From the NCBI GenBank assembly GCA_964057225.1, contig OZ059900.1, positions 19,654,001-19,718,000 of the forward strand: a stretch of DNA of 64,000 nucleotides. Direction: 5' to 3'. Source of the stretch: Auanema rhodensis (lineage: Eukaryota > Animalia > Nematoda). The notes below the pieces were generated by a model, which was given only the letters and a program-made list of their open reading frames with translations, ran no database searches and was not told the DNA's origin. Positions 50,838-64,000 of this stretch are shown here, piece by piece. The translations under genes were made by a program, and so were the position numbers. Numbering within the stretch: the first letter of the stretch is position 1; every line of letters begins with the position of its first letter.

Positions 50838-53571
50838 TAGTGTTCAGCATGTAAAATGCTTCATTTCAGTATGTAACACGCTGAAATTCGTTGCATTTGA
50901 CGACTCATATGAACAAAAATCGATTTAATCAATATTAGCCATAAGGGGCGTGCCCTCAGAATATGCTAATTTCCTTAATTTTCTAACCCCTGTTTTTTTG
51001 TCGTGTAAGTGGAACTAGACGTTGTACGAACAATTTTGAGCTAGGTTTCATTGACATTGCATGAGTTTGAACACATGAAATCGTAAGTCAAAACCTTGTT
51101 TACAGCGAAATTTCCAAAAACTGGTTTTCCAGCATAATAAAATATTTCTCATGGGAAATACTGTGTTTTTGTATTTTTCTAGTGTTCAGCATGTAAAATG
51201 CTTCATTTTAGTATGTAACACGCTGAAATTCGTTGCATTTGACGACTCATATGAACAAAAATCGATTTAATCAATATTAGCCATAAGGGGCGTGCCCTCA
51301 GAATATGCTAATTCCCTTAATTTTCTAACCCCTGTTCTTTTGTCGTGAAAGTGGAACTAAACGTTGTACGAACAATTTTGAGCTAGGTTTCATTGACATT
51401 GCATGAGTTTGAACACATGAAATCATAAGTCAAAACCTTGTTTACAGCGAAATTTCCAAAATCTGGTTTTCCAGCATAATAAAATATTTCTCATGGGAAA
51501 TACTGTGTTTTTGTATTTTTCTAGTGTTCAGCATGTAAAATGCTTCATTTTAGTATGTAACACGCTGAAATTCGTTGCATTTGACGACTCATATGAACAA
51601 AAATCGATTTAATCAATATTAGCCATAAGGGGCGTGCCCTCAGAATATGCTAATTTCCTTAATTTTCTAACCCCTGTTTTTTGTCGTGAAAGTGGAACTA
51701 GACGTTGTACGAACAATTTTGAGCTAGGTTTCATTGACATTGCATGAGTTTGAACACATGAAATCGTAAGTCAAAACCTTGTTTACAGCGAAATTTCTAA
51801 AAACTGGTTTTCCAGCATAATAAAATATTTCTCATGGGAAATACTGTGTTTTTGTATTTTTCTAGTGTTCAGCATGTAAAATGCTTCATTTTAGTATGTA
51901 ACACGCTGAAATTCGTTGCATTTGACGACTCATATGAACAAAAATCGATTTAATCAATATTAGCCATAAGGGGCGTGCCCTCAGAATATGCTAATTCCCT
52001 TAATTTTCTAACCCCTGTTTTTTTGTCGTGAAAGTGGAACTAGACGTTGTACAAACAATTTTGAGCTAGGTTTCATTGACATTGCATGAGTTTGAACACA
52101 TGAAATCGTAAGTCAAAACCTTGTTTACAGCGAAATTTCCAAAAACTGGTTTTCCAGCATAATAAAATATTTCTCATGGGAAATACTGTGTTTTTGTATT
52201 TTTCTAGTGTTCAGCATGTAAAATGCTTCATTTCAGTATGTAACACGCTGAAATTCGTTGCATTTGACGACTCATATGAACAAAAATCGATTTAATCAAT
52301 ATTAGCCATAAGGGGCGTGCCCTCAGAATATGCTAATTTCCTTAATTTTCTAACCCCTGTTTTTTTGTCGTGTAAGTGGAACTAGACGTTGTACGAACAA
52401 TTTTGAGCTAGGTTTCATTGACATTGCATGAGTTTGAACACATGAAATCGTAAGTCAAAACCTTGTTTACAGCGAAATTTCCAAAAACTGGTTTTCCAGC
52501 ATAATAAAATATTTCTCATGGGAAATACTGTGTTTTTGTATTTTTCTAGTGTTCAGCATGTAAAATGCTTCATTTTAGTATGTAACACGCTGAAATTCGT
52601 TGCATTTGACGACTCATATGAACAAAAATCGATTTAATCAATATTAGCCATAAGGGGCGTGCCCTCAGAATATGCTAATTCCCTTAATTTTCTAACCCCT
52701 GTTCTTTTGTCGTGAAAGTGGAACTAAACGTTGTACGAACAATTTTGAGCTAGGTTTCATTGACATTGCATGAGTTTGAACACATGAAATCATAAGTCAA
52801 AACCTTGTTTACAGCGAAATTTCCAAAATCTGGTTTTCCAGCATAATAAAATATTTCTCATGGGAAATACTGTGTTTTTGTATTTTTCTAGTGTTCAGCA
52901 TGTAAAATGCTTCATTTTAGTATGTAACACGCTGAAATTCGTTGCATTTGACGACTCATATGAACAAAAATCGATTTAATCAATATTAGCCATAAGGGGC
53001 GTGCCCTCAGAATATGCTAATTTCCTTAATTTTCTAACCCCTGTTTTTTGTCGTGAAAGTGGAACTAGACGTTGTACGAACAATTTTGAGCTAGGTTTCA
53101 TTGACATTGCATGAGTTTGAACACATGAAATCGTAAGTCAAAACCTTGTTTACAGCGAAATTTCTAAAAACTGGTTTTCCAGCATAATAAAATATTTCTC
53201 ATGGGAAATACTGTGTTTTTGTATTTTTCTAGTGTTCAGCATGTAAAATGCTTCATTTTAGTATGTAACACGCTGAAATTCGTTGCATTTGACGACTCAT
53301 ATGAACAAAAATCGATTTAATCAATATTAGCCATAAGGGGCGTGCCCTCAGAATATGCTAATTCCCTTAATTTTCTAACCCCTGTTTTTTTGTCGTGAAA
53401 GTGGAACTAGACGTTGTACAAACAATTTTGAGCTAGGTTTCATTGACATTGCATGAGTTTGAACACATGAAATCGTAAGTCAAAACCTTGTTTACAGCGA
53501 AATTTCCAAAAACTGGTTTTCCAGCATAATAAAATATTTCTCATGGGAAATACTGTGTTTTTGTATTTTTC
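50838..53571 (-). repeat. 4-monomer (1367-bp) higher-order repeat, two copies
   Basis: cgtgtaag (51006/52373), gttcttt, actaaac, atcataag, aaatctgg, tttctaaa and a 1-bp T-run deletion all recur at 1367 bp. Confidence 0.9.
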
Positions 53572-56500
53572 TAGTGTTCAGCATGTGAAATGCTTCATTT
53601 TAGTATGTAACACGCTGAAATTCGTTGCATTTGACGACTCATATGAACAAAAATCGATTTAATCAATATTAGCCATAAGGGGCGTGCCCTCAGAATATGC
53701 TAATTTCCTTAATTTTCTAACCCCTGTTTTTTTGTCGTGAAAGTGGGACTAGACGTTGTACAAACAATTTTGAGCTAGGTTTCATTGACATTGCATGAGT
53801 TTGAACACATGAAATCGTAAGTCAAAACCTTGTTTACAGCGAAATTTCCAAAAACTGGTTTTCCAGCATAATAAAATATTTCTCATGGGAAATACTGTGT
53901 TTTTGTATTTTTCTAGTGTTCAGCATGTAAAATGCTTCATTTTAGTATGTAACACGCTGAAATTCGTTGCATTTGACGACTCATATGAACAAAAATCGAT
54001 TTAATCAATATTAGCCATAAGGGGCGTGCCCTCAGAATATGCTAATTTCCTTAATTTTCTAACCCCTGTTTTTTTGTCGTGAAAGTGGGACTAGACGTTG
54101 TACGAACAATTTTGAGCTAGGTTTCATTGACATTGCATGAGTTTGAACACATGAAATCGTAAGTCAAAACCTTGTTTACAGCGAAATTTCCAAAAACTGG
54201 TTTTCCAGCATAATAAAATATTTCTCATGGGAAATACTGTGTTTTTGTATTTTTCTAGTGTTCAGCATGTAAAATGTTTCATTTTAGTATGTAACACGCT
54301 GAAATTCGTTGCATTTGACGACTCATATGAACAAAAATCGATTTAATCAATATTAGCTATAAGGGGCGTGCCCTCAGAATATGCTAATTTCCTTAATTTT
54401 CTAACTCCTGTTTTTTTGTCGTGAAAGTGGGACTAGACGTTGTACGAACAATTTTGAGCTAGGTTTCATTGACATTGCATGAGTTTGAACACATGAAATC
54501 GTAAGTCAAAACCTTGTTTACAGCGAAATTTCCAAAAACTGGTTTTCCAGCATAATAAAATATTTCTCATGGGAAATACTGTGTTTTTGTATTTTTCTAG
54601 TGTTCAGCATGTAAAATGCTTCATTTTAGTATGTAACACGCTGAAATTCGTTGCATTTGACGACTCATATGAACAAAAATCGATTTAATCAATATTAGCC
54701 ATAAGGGGCGTGCCCTCAGAATATGCTAATTTCCTTAATTTTCTAACCCCTGTTTTTTTGTCGTGAAAGTGGGACTAGACGTTGTACAAACAATTTTGAG
54801 CTAGGTTTCATTGACATTGCATGAGTTTGAACACATGAAATCGTAAGTCAAAACCTTGTTTACAGCGAAATTTCCAAAAACTGGTTTTCCAGCATAATAA
54901 AATATTTCTCATGGGAAATACTGTGTTTTTGTATTTTTCTAGTGTTCAGCATGTAAAATGCTTCATTTTAGTATGTAACACGCTGAAATTCGTTGCATTT
55001 GACGACTCATATGAACAAAAATCGATTTAATCAATATTAGCCATAAGGGGCGTGCCCTCAGAATATGCTAATTTCCTTAATTTTCTAACCCCTGTTTTTT
55101 TGTCGTGAAAGTGGGACTAGACGTTGTACAAACAATTTTGAGCTAGGTTTCATTGACATTGCATGAGTTTGAACACATGAAATCGTAAGTCAAAACCTTG
55201 TTTACAGCGAAATTTCCAAAAACTGGTTTTCCAGCATAATAAAATATTTCTCATGGGAAATACTGTGTTTTTGTATTTTTCTAGTGTTCAGCATGTAAAA
55301 TGCTTCATTTTAGTATGTAACACGCTGAAATTCGTTGCATTTGACGACTCATATGAACAAAAATCGATTTAATCAATATTAGCCATAAGGGGCGTGCCCT
55401 CAGAATATGCTAATTTCCTTAATTTTCTAACCCCTGTTTTTTTGTCGTGAAAGTGGGACTAGACGTTGTACGAACAATTTTGAGCTAGGTTTCATTGACA
55501 TTGCATGAGTTTGAACACATGAAATCGTAAGTCAAAACCTTGTTTACAGCGAAATTTCCAAAAACTGGTTTTCCAGCATAATAAAATATTTCTCATGGGA
55601 AATACTGTGTTTTTGTATTTTTCTAGTGTTCAGCATGTAAAATGCTTCATTTTAGTATGTAACACGCTGAAATTCGTTGCATTTGACGACTCATATGAAC
55701 AAAAATCGATTTAATCAATATTAGCTATAAGGGGCGTGCCCTCAGAATATGCTAATTTCCTTAATTTTCTAACTCCTGTTTTTTTGTCGTGAAAGTGGGA
55801 CTAGACGTTGTACGAACAATTTTGAGCTAGGTTTCATTGACATTGCATGAGTTTGAACACATGAAATCGTAAGTCAAAACCTTGTTTACAGCGAAATTTC
55901 CAAAAACTGGTTTTCCAGCATAATAAAATATTTCTCATGGGAAATACTGTGTTTTTGTATTTTTCTAGTGTTCAGCATGTAAAATGCTTCATTTTAGTAT
56001 GTAACACGCTGAAATTCGTTGCATTTGACGACTCATATGAACAAAAATCGATTTAATCAATATTAGCCATAAGGGGCGTACCCTCAGAATATGCTAATTC
56101 CCTTAATTTTCTAACCCCTGTTTTTTCGTCGTGAAAGTGGAACTAGACGTTGTACAATCAATTTTGAGCTAGGTTTCATTGACATTGCATGAGTTTGAAC
56201 ACATGAAATCGTAAGTCAAAACCTTGTTTACAGCGAAATTTCCAAAAACTGGTTTTCCAACATATTAAAATATTTCTCATGGGAAATACTGTGTTTTTGT
56301 ATTTTTCTAGTGTTCAGCATGTAAAATGCTTCATTTTAGTATGTAACACGCTGAAATTCGTTGCATTTGACGACTCATATGAACAAAAATCGATTTAATC
56401 AATATTAGCCATAAGGGGCGTGCCCTCAGAATATGCTAATTCCCTTAATTTTCTAACCCCTGTTTTTTTGTCGTGAAAGTGGAACTAGACGTTGTACGAA

Positions 56501-59500
56501 CAATTTTGAGCTAGGTTTCATTGACATTGCATGAGTTTGAACACATGAAATCGTAAGTCAAAACCTTGTTTACAGCGAAATTTCCAAAAACTGGTTTTCC
56601 AGCATAATAAAATATTTCTCATGGGAAATACTGTGTTTTTGTATTTTTCTAGTGTTCAGCATGTAAAATACTTCATTTTAGTATGTAACACGCTGAAATT
56701 CGTTGCATTTGACGACTCATATGAACAAAAATCGATTTAATCAATATTAGCCATAAGGGGCGTGCCCTCAGAATATGCTAATTTCCTTAATTTTCTAACC
56801 TCTGTTTTTTTGTCGTGAAAGTGGGACTAGACGTTGTACGAACAATTTTGAGCTAGGTTTCATTGACATTGCATGAGTTTGAACACATGAAATCGTAAGT
56901 CAAAACCTTGTTTACAGCGAAATTTCCAAAAACTGGTTTTCCAGCATAATAAAATATTTCTCATGGGAAATACTGTGTTTTTGTATTTTTCTAGTGTTCA
57001 GCATGTGAAATGCTTCATTTTAGTATGTAACACGCTGAAATTCGTTGCATTTGACGACTCATATGAACAAAAATCGATTTAATCAATATTAGCCATAAGG
57101 GGCGTGCCCTCAGAATATGCTAATTCCCTTAATTTTCTAACCCCTGTTTTTTTGTCGTGAAAGTGGAACTAGACGTTGTACGAACAATTTTGAGCTAGGT
57201 TTCATTGACATTGCATGAGTTTGAACACATGAAATCGTAAGTCAAAACCTTGTTTACAGCGAAATTTCCAAAAACTGGTTTTCCAGCATAATAAAATATT
57301 TCTCATGGGAAATACTGTGTTTTTGTATTTTTCTAGTGTTCAGCATGTAAAATGCTTCATTTTAGTATGTAACACGCTGAAATTCGTTGCATTTGACGAC
57401 TCATATGAACAAAAATCGATTTAATCAATATTAGCCATAAGGGGCGTGCCCTCAGAATATGCTAATTTCCTTAATTTTCTAACCCCTGTTTTTTTGTCGT
57501 GAAAGTGGGACTAGACGTTGTACGAACAATTTTGAGCTAGGTTTCATTGACATTGCATGAGTTTGAACACATGAAATCGTAAGTCAAAACCTTGTTTACA
57601 GCGAAATTTCCAAAAACTGGTTTTCCAGCATAATAAAATATTTCTCATGGGAAATACTGTGTTTTTGTATTTTTCTAGTGTTCAGCATGTAAAATGCTTC
57701 ATTTTAGTATGTAACACGCTGAAATTCGTTGCATTTGACGACTCATATGAACAAAAATCGATTTAATCAATATTAGCCATAAGGGGCGTGCCCTCAGAAT
57801 ATGCTAATTTCCTTAATTTTCTAACCCCTGTTTTTTTGTCGTGAAAGTGGAACTAGACGTTGTACGAACATTTTTGAGCTAGGTTTCATTGACATTGCAT
57901 GAGTTTGAACACATGAAATCGTAAGTCAAAACCTTGTTTACAGCGAAATTTCCAAAAACTGGTTTTCCAGCATAATAAAATATTTCTCATGGGAAATACT
58001 GTGTTTTTGTATTTTTCTAGTGTTCAGCATGTAAAATGCTTCATTTTAGTATGTAACACGCTGAAATTCGTTGCATTTGACGACTCATATGAACAAAAAT
58101 CGATTTAATCAATATTAGCCATAAGGGGCGTGCCCTCAGAATATGCTAATTTCCTTAATTTTCTAACCCCTGTTTTTTTGTCGTGAAAGTGGAACTAGAC
58201 GTTGTACGAACATTTTTGAGCTAGGTTTCATTGACATTGCATGAGTTTGAACACATGAAATCGTAAGTCAAAACCTTGTTTACAGCGAAATTTCCAAAAA
58301 CTGGTTTTCCAGCATAATAAAATATTTCTCATGGGAAATACTGTGTTTTTGTATTTTTCTAGTGTTCAGCATGTAAAATGCTTCATTTTAGTATGTAACA
58401 CGCTGAAATTCGTTGCATTTGACGACTCATATGAACAAAAATCGATTTAATCAATATTAGCCATAAGGGGCGTGCCCTCAGAATATGCTAATTTCCTTAA
58501 TTTTCTAACCCCTGTTTTTTGGCCGTGAAAGTGGGACTAGACGTTGTACAAACAATTTTGAGCTAGGTTTTATTGACATTGCATGAGTTTGAACACATGA
58601 AATCGTAAGTCAAAACCTTGTTTACAGCGAAATTTCCAAAAACTGGTTTTCCAGCATAATAAAATATTTCTCATGGGAAATACTGTGTTTTTGTATTTTT
58701 CTAGTGTTCAGCATGTAAAATGCTTCATTTTAGTATGTAACACGCTGAAATTCGTTGCATTTGACGACTCATATGAACAAAAATCGATTTAATCAATATT
58801 AGCCATAAGGGGCGTGCCCTCAGAATATGCTAATTTCCTTAATTTTCTAACCCCTGTTTTTTTGTCGTGAAAGTGGGACTAGACGTTGTACGAACAATTT
58901 TGAGCTAGGTTTCATTGACATTGCATGAGTTTGAACACATGAAATCGTAAGTCAAAACCTTGTTTACAGCGAAATTTCCAAAAACTGGTTTTCCAGCATA
59001 ATAAAATATTTCTCATGGGAAATACTGTGTTTTTGTATTTTTCTAGTGTTCAGCATGTAAAATGCTTCATTTTAGTATGTAACACGCTGAAATTCGTTGC
59101 ATTTGACGACTCATATGAACAAAAATCGATTTAATCAATATTAGCCATAAGGGGCGTGCCCTCAGAATATGCTAATTTCCTTAATTTTCTAACCCCTGTT
59201 TTTTTGTCGTGAAAGTGGGACTAGACGTTGTACGAACAATTTTGAGCTAGGTTTCATTGACATTGCATGAGTTTGAACACATGAAATCGTAAGTCAAAAC
59301 CTTGTTTACAGCGAAATTTCCAAAAACTGGTTTTCCAGCATAATAAAATATTTCTCATGGGAAATACTGTGTTTTTGTATTTTTCTAGTGTTCAGCATGT
59401 AAAATGCTTCATTTTAGTATGTAACACGCTGAAATTCGTTGCATTTGACGACTCATATGAACAAAAATCGATTTAATCAATATTAGCCATAAGGGGCGTG

Positions 59501-62500
59501 CCCTCAGAATATGCTAATTTCCTTAATTTTCTAACCCCTGTTTTTTTGTCGGGAAAGTGGGACTAGACGTTGTACGAACAATTTTGAGCTAGGTTTCATT
59601 GACATTGCATGAGTTTGAACACATGAAATCGTAAGTCAAAACCTTGTTTACAGCGAAATTTCCAAAAACTGGTTTTCCAGCATAATAAAATATTTCTCAT
59701 GGGAAATACTGTGTTTTTGTATTTTTCTAGTGTTCAGCATGTAAAATGCTTCATTTTAGTATGTAACACGCTGAAATTCGTTGCATTTGACGACTCATAT
59801 GAACAAAAATCGATTTAATCAATATTAGCCATAAGGGGCGTGCCCTCAGAATATGCTAATTTCCTTAATTTTCTAACCCCTGTTTTTTTGTCGTGAAAGT
59901 GGGACTAGACGTTGTACGAACAATTTTGAGCTAGGTTTCATTGACATTGCATGAGTTTGAACACATGAAATCGTAAGTCAAAACCTTGTTTACAGCGAAA
60001 TTTCCAAAAACTGGTTTTCCAGCATAATAAAATATTTCTCATGGGAAATACTGTGTTTTTGTATTTTTCTAGTGTTCAGCATGTAAAATGCTTCATTTTA
60101 GTATGTAACACGCTGAAATTCGTTGCATTTGACGACTCATATGAACAAAAATCGATTTAATCAATATTAGCCATAAGGGGCGTGCCCTCAGAATATGCTA
60201 ATTCCCTTAATTTTCTAACCCCTGTTTTTTTGTCGTGAAAGTGGAACTAGACGTTGTACAAACAATTTTGAGCTAGGTTTCATTGACATTGCATGAGTTT
60301 GAACACATGAAATCGTAAGTCAAAACCTTGTTTACAGCGAAATTTCCAAAAACTGGTTTTCCAGCATAATAAAATATTTCTCATGGGAAATACTGTGTTT
60401 TTGTATTTTTCTAGTGTTCAGCATGTAAAATGCTTCATTTTAGTATGTAACACGCTGAAATTCGTTGCATTTGACGACTCATATGAACAAAAATCGATTT
60501 AATCAATATTAGCCATAAGGGGCGTGCCCTCAGAATATGCTAATTTCCTTAATTTTCTAACCCCTGTTTTTTTGTCGTGAAAGTGGAACTAGACGTTGTA
60601 CGAACAATTTTGAGCTAGGTTTCATTGACATTGCATGAGTTTGAACACATGAAATCGTAAGTCAAAACCTTATTTACAGCGAAATTTCCAAAAACTGGTT
60701 TTCCAGCATAATAAAATATTTCTCATGGGAAATACTTTGTTTTTGTATTTTTCTAGTGTTCAGCATGTAAAATGGTTCATTTTAGTGTATGTTACACGCT
60801 GAAATTCGTTGCATTTGACGACTCATATGAACAAAAATCGATTTAATCAATATTAGCCATAAGGGGCGTGCCCTCAGAATATGCTAATTTCCTTAATTTT
60901 TTAACCCCTGTTTTTTTGTCGTGAAAGTGGAACTAGACGTTGTACGAACAATTTTGAGCTAGGTTTCATTGACATTGCATGAGTTTGAACACATGAAATC
61001 GTAAGTCAAAACCTTGTTTACAGCGAAATTTCCAAAAACTGGTTTTCCAGCATAATAAAATATTTCTCATGGGAAATACTGTGTTTTTGTATTTTTCTAG
61101 TGTTCAGCATGTAAAATGCTTCATTTTAGTATGTAACACGCTGAAATTCGTTGCATTTGACGACTCATATGAACAAAAATCGATTTAATCAATATTAGCC
61201 ATAAGGGGCGTGCCCTCAGAATATGCTAATTTCCTTAATTTTCTAACCCCTGTTTTTTGTCGTGAAAGTGGAACTAGACGTTGTACGAACAATTTTGAGC
61301 TAGGTTTCATTGACATTGCATGAGTTTGAACACATGAAATCGTAAGTCAAAACCTAGTTTACAGCGAAATTTCCAAAAACTGGTTTTCCAGCATAATAAA
61401 ATATTTCTCATGGGAAATACTGTGTTTTTGTATTTTTCTAGTGTTCAGCATGTGAAATGCTTCATTTTAGTATGTAACACGCTGAAATTCGTTGCATTTG
61501 ACGACTCATATGAACAAAAATCGATTTAATCAATATTAGCCATAAGGGGCGTGCCCTCAGAATATGCTAATTTCCTTAATTTTCTAACCCCTGTTTTTTG
61601 TCGTGAAAGTGGAACTAGACGTTGTACAAACAATTTTGAGCTAGGTTTTATTGACATTGCATGAGTTTGAACACATGAAATCGTAAGTCAAAACCTTGTT
61701 TAGAGCGAAATTTCCAAAAACTGGTTTTCCAGCATAATAAAATATTTCTCATGGGAAATACTGTGTTTTTGTATTTTTCTAGTGTTCAGCATGTAAAATG
61801 CTTCATTTTAGTATGTAACACGCTGAAATTCGTTGCATTTGACGACTCATATGAACAAAAATCGATTTAATCAATATTAGCCATAAGGGGCGTGCCCTCA
61901 GAATATGCTAATTTCCTTAATTTTCTAACCCCTGTTTTTTTGTCGTGAAAGTGGAACTAGACGTTGTACGAACAATTTTGAGCTAGGTTTCATTGACATT
62001 GCATGAGTTTGAACACATGAAATCGTAAGTCAAAACCTTGTTTACAGCGAAATTTCCAAAAACTGGTTTTCCAGCATAATAAAATATTTCTCATGGGAAA
62101 TACTGTGTTTTTGTATTTTTCTAGTGTTCAGCATGTAAAATGCTTCATTTTAGTATGTAACACGCTGAAATTCGTTGCATTTGACGACTCATATGAACAA
62201 AAATCGATTTAATCAATATTAGCCATAAGGGGCGTGCCCTCAGAATATGCTAATTCCCTTAATTTTCTAACCCCTGTTTTTTTGTCGTGAAAGTGGAACT
62301 AGACGTTGTACAATCAATTTTGAGCTAGGTTTCATTGACATTGCATGAGTTTGAACACATGAAATCGTAAGTCAAAACCTTGTTTACAGCGAAATTTCCA
62401 AAAACTGGTTTTCCAGCATAATAAAATATTTCTCATGGGAAATACTGTGTTTTTGTATTTTTCTAGTGTTCAGCATGTAAAATGCTTCATTTTAGTATGT

Positions 62501-64000
62501 AACACGCTGAAATTCGTTGCATTTGACGACTCATATGAACAAAAATCGATTTAATCAATATTAGCCATAAGGGGCGTGCCCTCAGAATATGCTAATTCCC
62601 TTAATTTTCTAACCCCTGTTTTTTTGTCGTGAAAGTGGAACTAGACGTTGTACAATCAATTTTGAGCTAGGTTTCATTGACATTGCATGAGTTTGAACAC
62701 ATGAAATCGTAAGTCAAAACCTTGTTTACAGCGAAATTTCCAAAAACTGGTTTTCCAGCATATTAAAATATTTCTCATGGGAAATACTGTGTTTTTGTAT
62801 TTTTCTAGTGTTCAGCATGTAAAATGCTTCATTTTAGTATGTAACACGCTGAAATTCGTTGCATTTGACGACTCATATGAACAAAAATCGATTTAATCAA
62901 TATTAGCCATAAGGGGCGTGCCCTCAGAATATGCTAATTCCCTTAATTTTCTAACCCCTGTTTTTTTGTCGTGAAAGTGGGACTAGACGTTGTACGAACA
63001 ATTTTGAGCTAGGTTTCATTGACATTGCATGAGTTTGAACACATGAAATCGTAAGTCAAAACCTTGTTTACAGCGAAATTTCCAAAAACTGGTTTTCCAG
63101 CATAATAAAATATTTCTCATGGGAAATACTGTGTTTTTGTATTTTTCTAGTGTTCAGCATGTAAAATGCTTCATTTTAGTATGTAACACGCTGAAATTCG
63201 TTGCATTTGACGACTCATATGAACAAAAATCGATTTAATCAATATTAGCCATAAGGGGCGTGCCCTCAGAATATGCTAATTTCCTTAATTTTCTAACCCC
63301 TGTTTTTTTGTCGTGAAAGTGGAACTAGACGTTGTACGAACAATTTTGAGCTAGGTTTCATTGACATTGCATGAGTTTGAACACATGAAATCGTAAGTCA
63401 AAACCTTGTTTACAGCGAAATTTCCAAAAACTGGTTTTCCAGCATAATAAAATATTTCTCATGGGAAATACTGTGTTTTTGTATTTTTCTAGTGTTCAGC
63501 ATGTAAAATGCTTCATTTTAGTATGTAACACGCTGAAATTCGTTGCATTTGACGACTCATATGAACAAAAATCGATTTAATCAATATTAGCCATAAGGGG
63601 CGTGCCCTCAGAATATGCTAATTCCCTTAATTTTCTAACCCCTGTTTTTTTGTCGTGAAAGTGGAACTAGACGTTGTACGAACAATTTTGAGCTAGGTTT
63701 CATTGACATTGCATGAGTTTGAACACATGAAATCGTAAGTCAAAACCTTGTTTACAGCGAAATTTCCAAAAACTGGTTTTCCAGCATAATAAAATATTTT
63801 TCATGGGAAATACTGTGTTTTTGTATTTTTCTAGTGTTCAGCATGTAAAATACTTCATTTTAGTATGTAACACGCTGAAATTCGTTGCATTTGACGACTC
63901 ATATGAACAAAAATCGATTTAATCAATATTAGCCATAAGGGGCGTGCCCTCAGAATATGCTAATTTCCTTAATTTTCTAACCTCTGTTTTTTTGTCGTGA

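Larger units (their letters stand above)
1..64000. repeat. 342-bp tandem satellite DNA array (~187 monomers) with internal inversions
   Basis: Base 343 restarts 'gaaaaatacaaaaacacag', and line 3421 is identical to line 1 (10 x 342). The monomer or its reverse complement covers the entire window with no unique sequence. GC is 116/342 by hand count. Confidence 0.99.
39477..64000 (-). repeat. Satellite block 6, reverse (~72 monomers; continues right of the window)
   Basis: Starts at monomer position 75; reverse-complement monomers continue to the end of the window. Confidence 0.97.

Noticed and set aside
1-64000. CRISPR array or other repeat-spacer system
   Set aside because: There are no unique spacers; full 342-bp units are repeated head to tail and no cas-like ORFs are present.

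Overview
The whole 64-kb window is one highly homogeneous, AT-rich (~34% GC) tandem satellite DNA with a 342-bp monomer (~187 copies, mostly 0-5 differences from consensus). It looks like eukaryotic (peri)centromeric or heterochromatic satellite. No genes, RNA genes, transposons or CRISPR arrays are present. The array switches strand five times (~4014, 29636, 33496, 34590, 39477). The last four switches are two base-identical junction pairs, so one inversion module is present twice. Diagnostic SNPs show that this inverted module is a mirror-image copy of the DNA just downstream (39477-42487). This gives a multi-kb quasi-palindrome with a 165-bp spacer, the pattern expected from a fold-back/template-switch inverted duplication. 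Variant bases also reveal several local higher-order repeats (2-, 4-, 6-, 9-, 11- and 16/17-mer spacings), a duplicated 17-bp deletion monomer, and apparent long-range variant transfer between opposite orientations. The organism and any centromere function cannot be established from the sequence alone. Monomer positions below refer to window bases 1-342.
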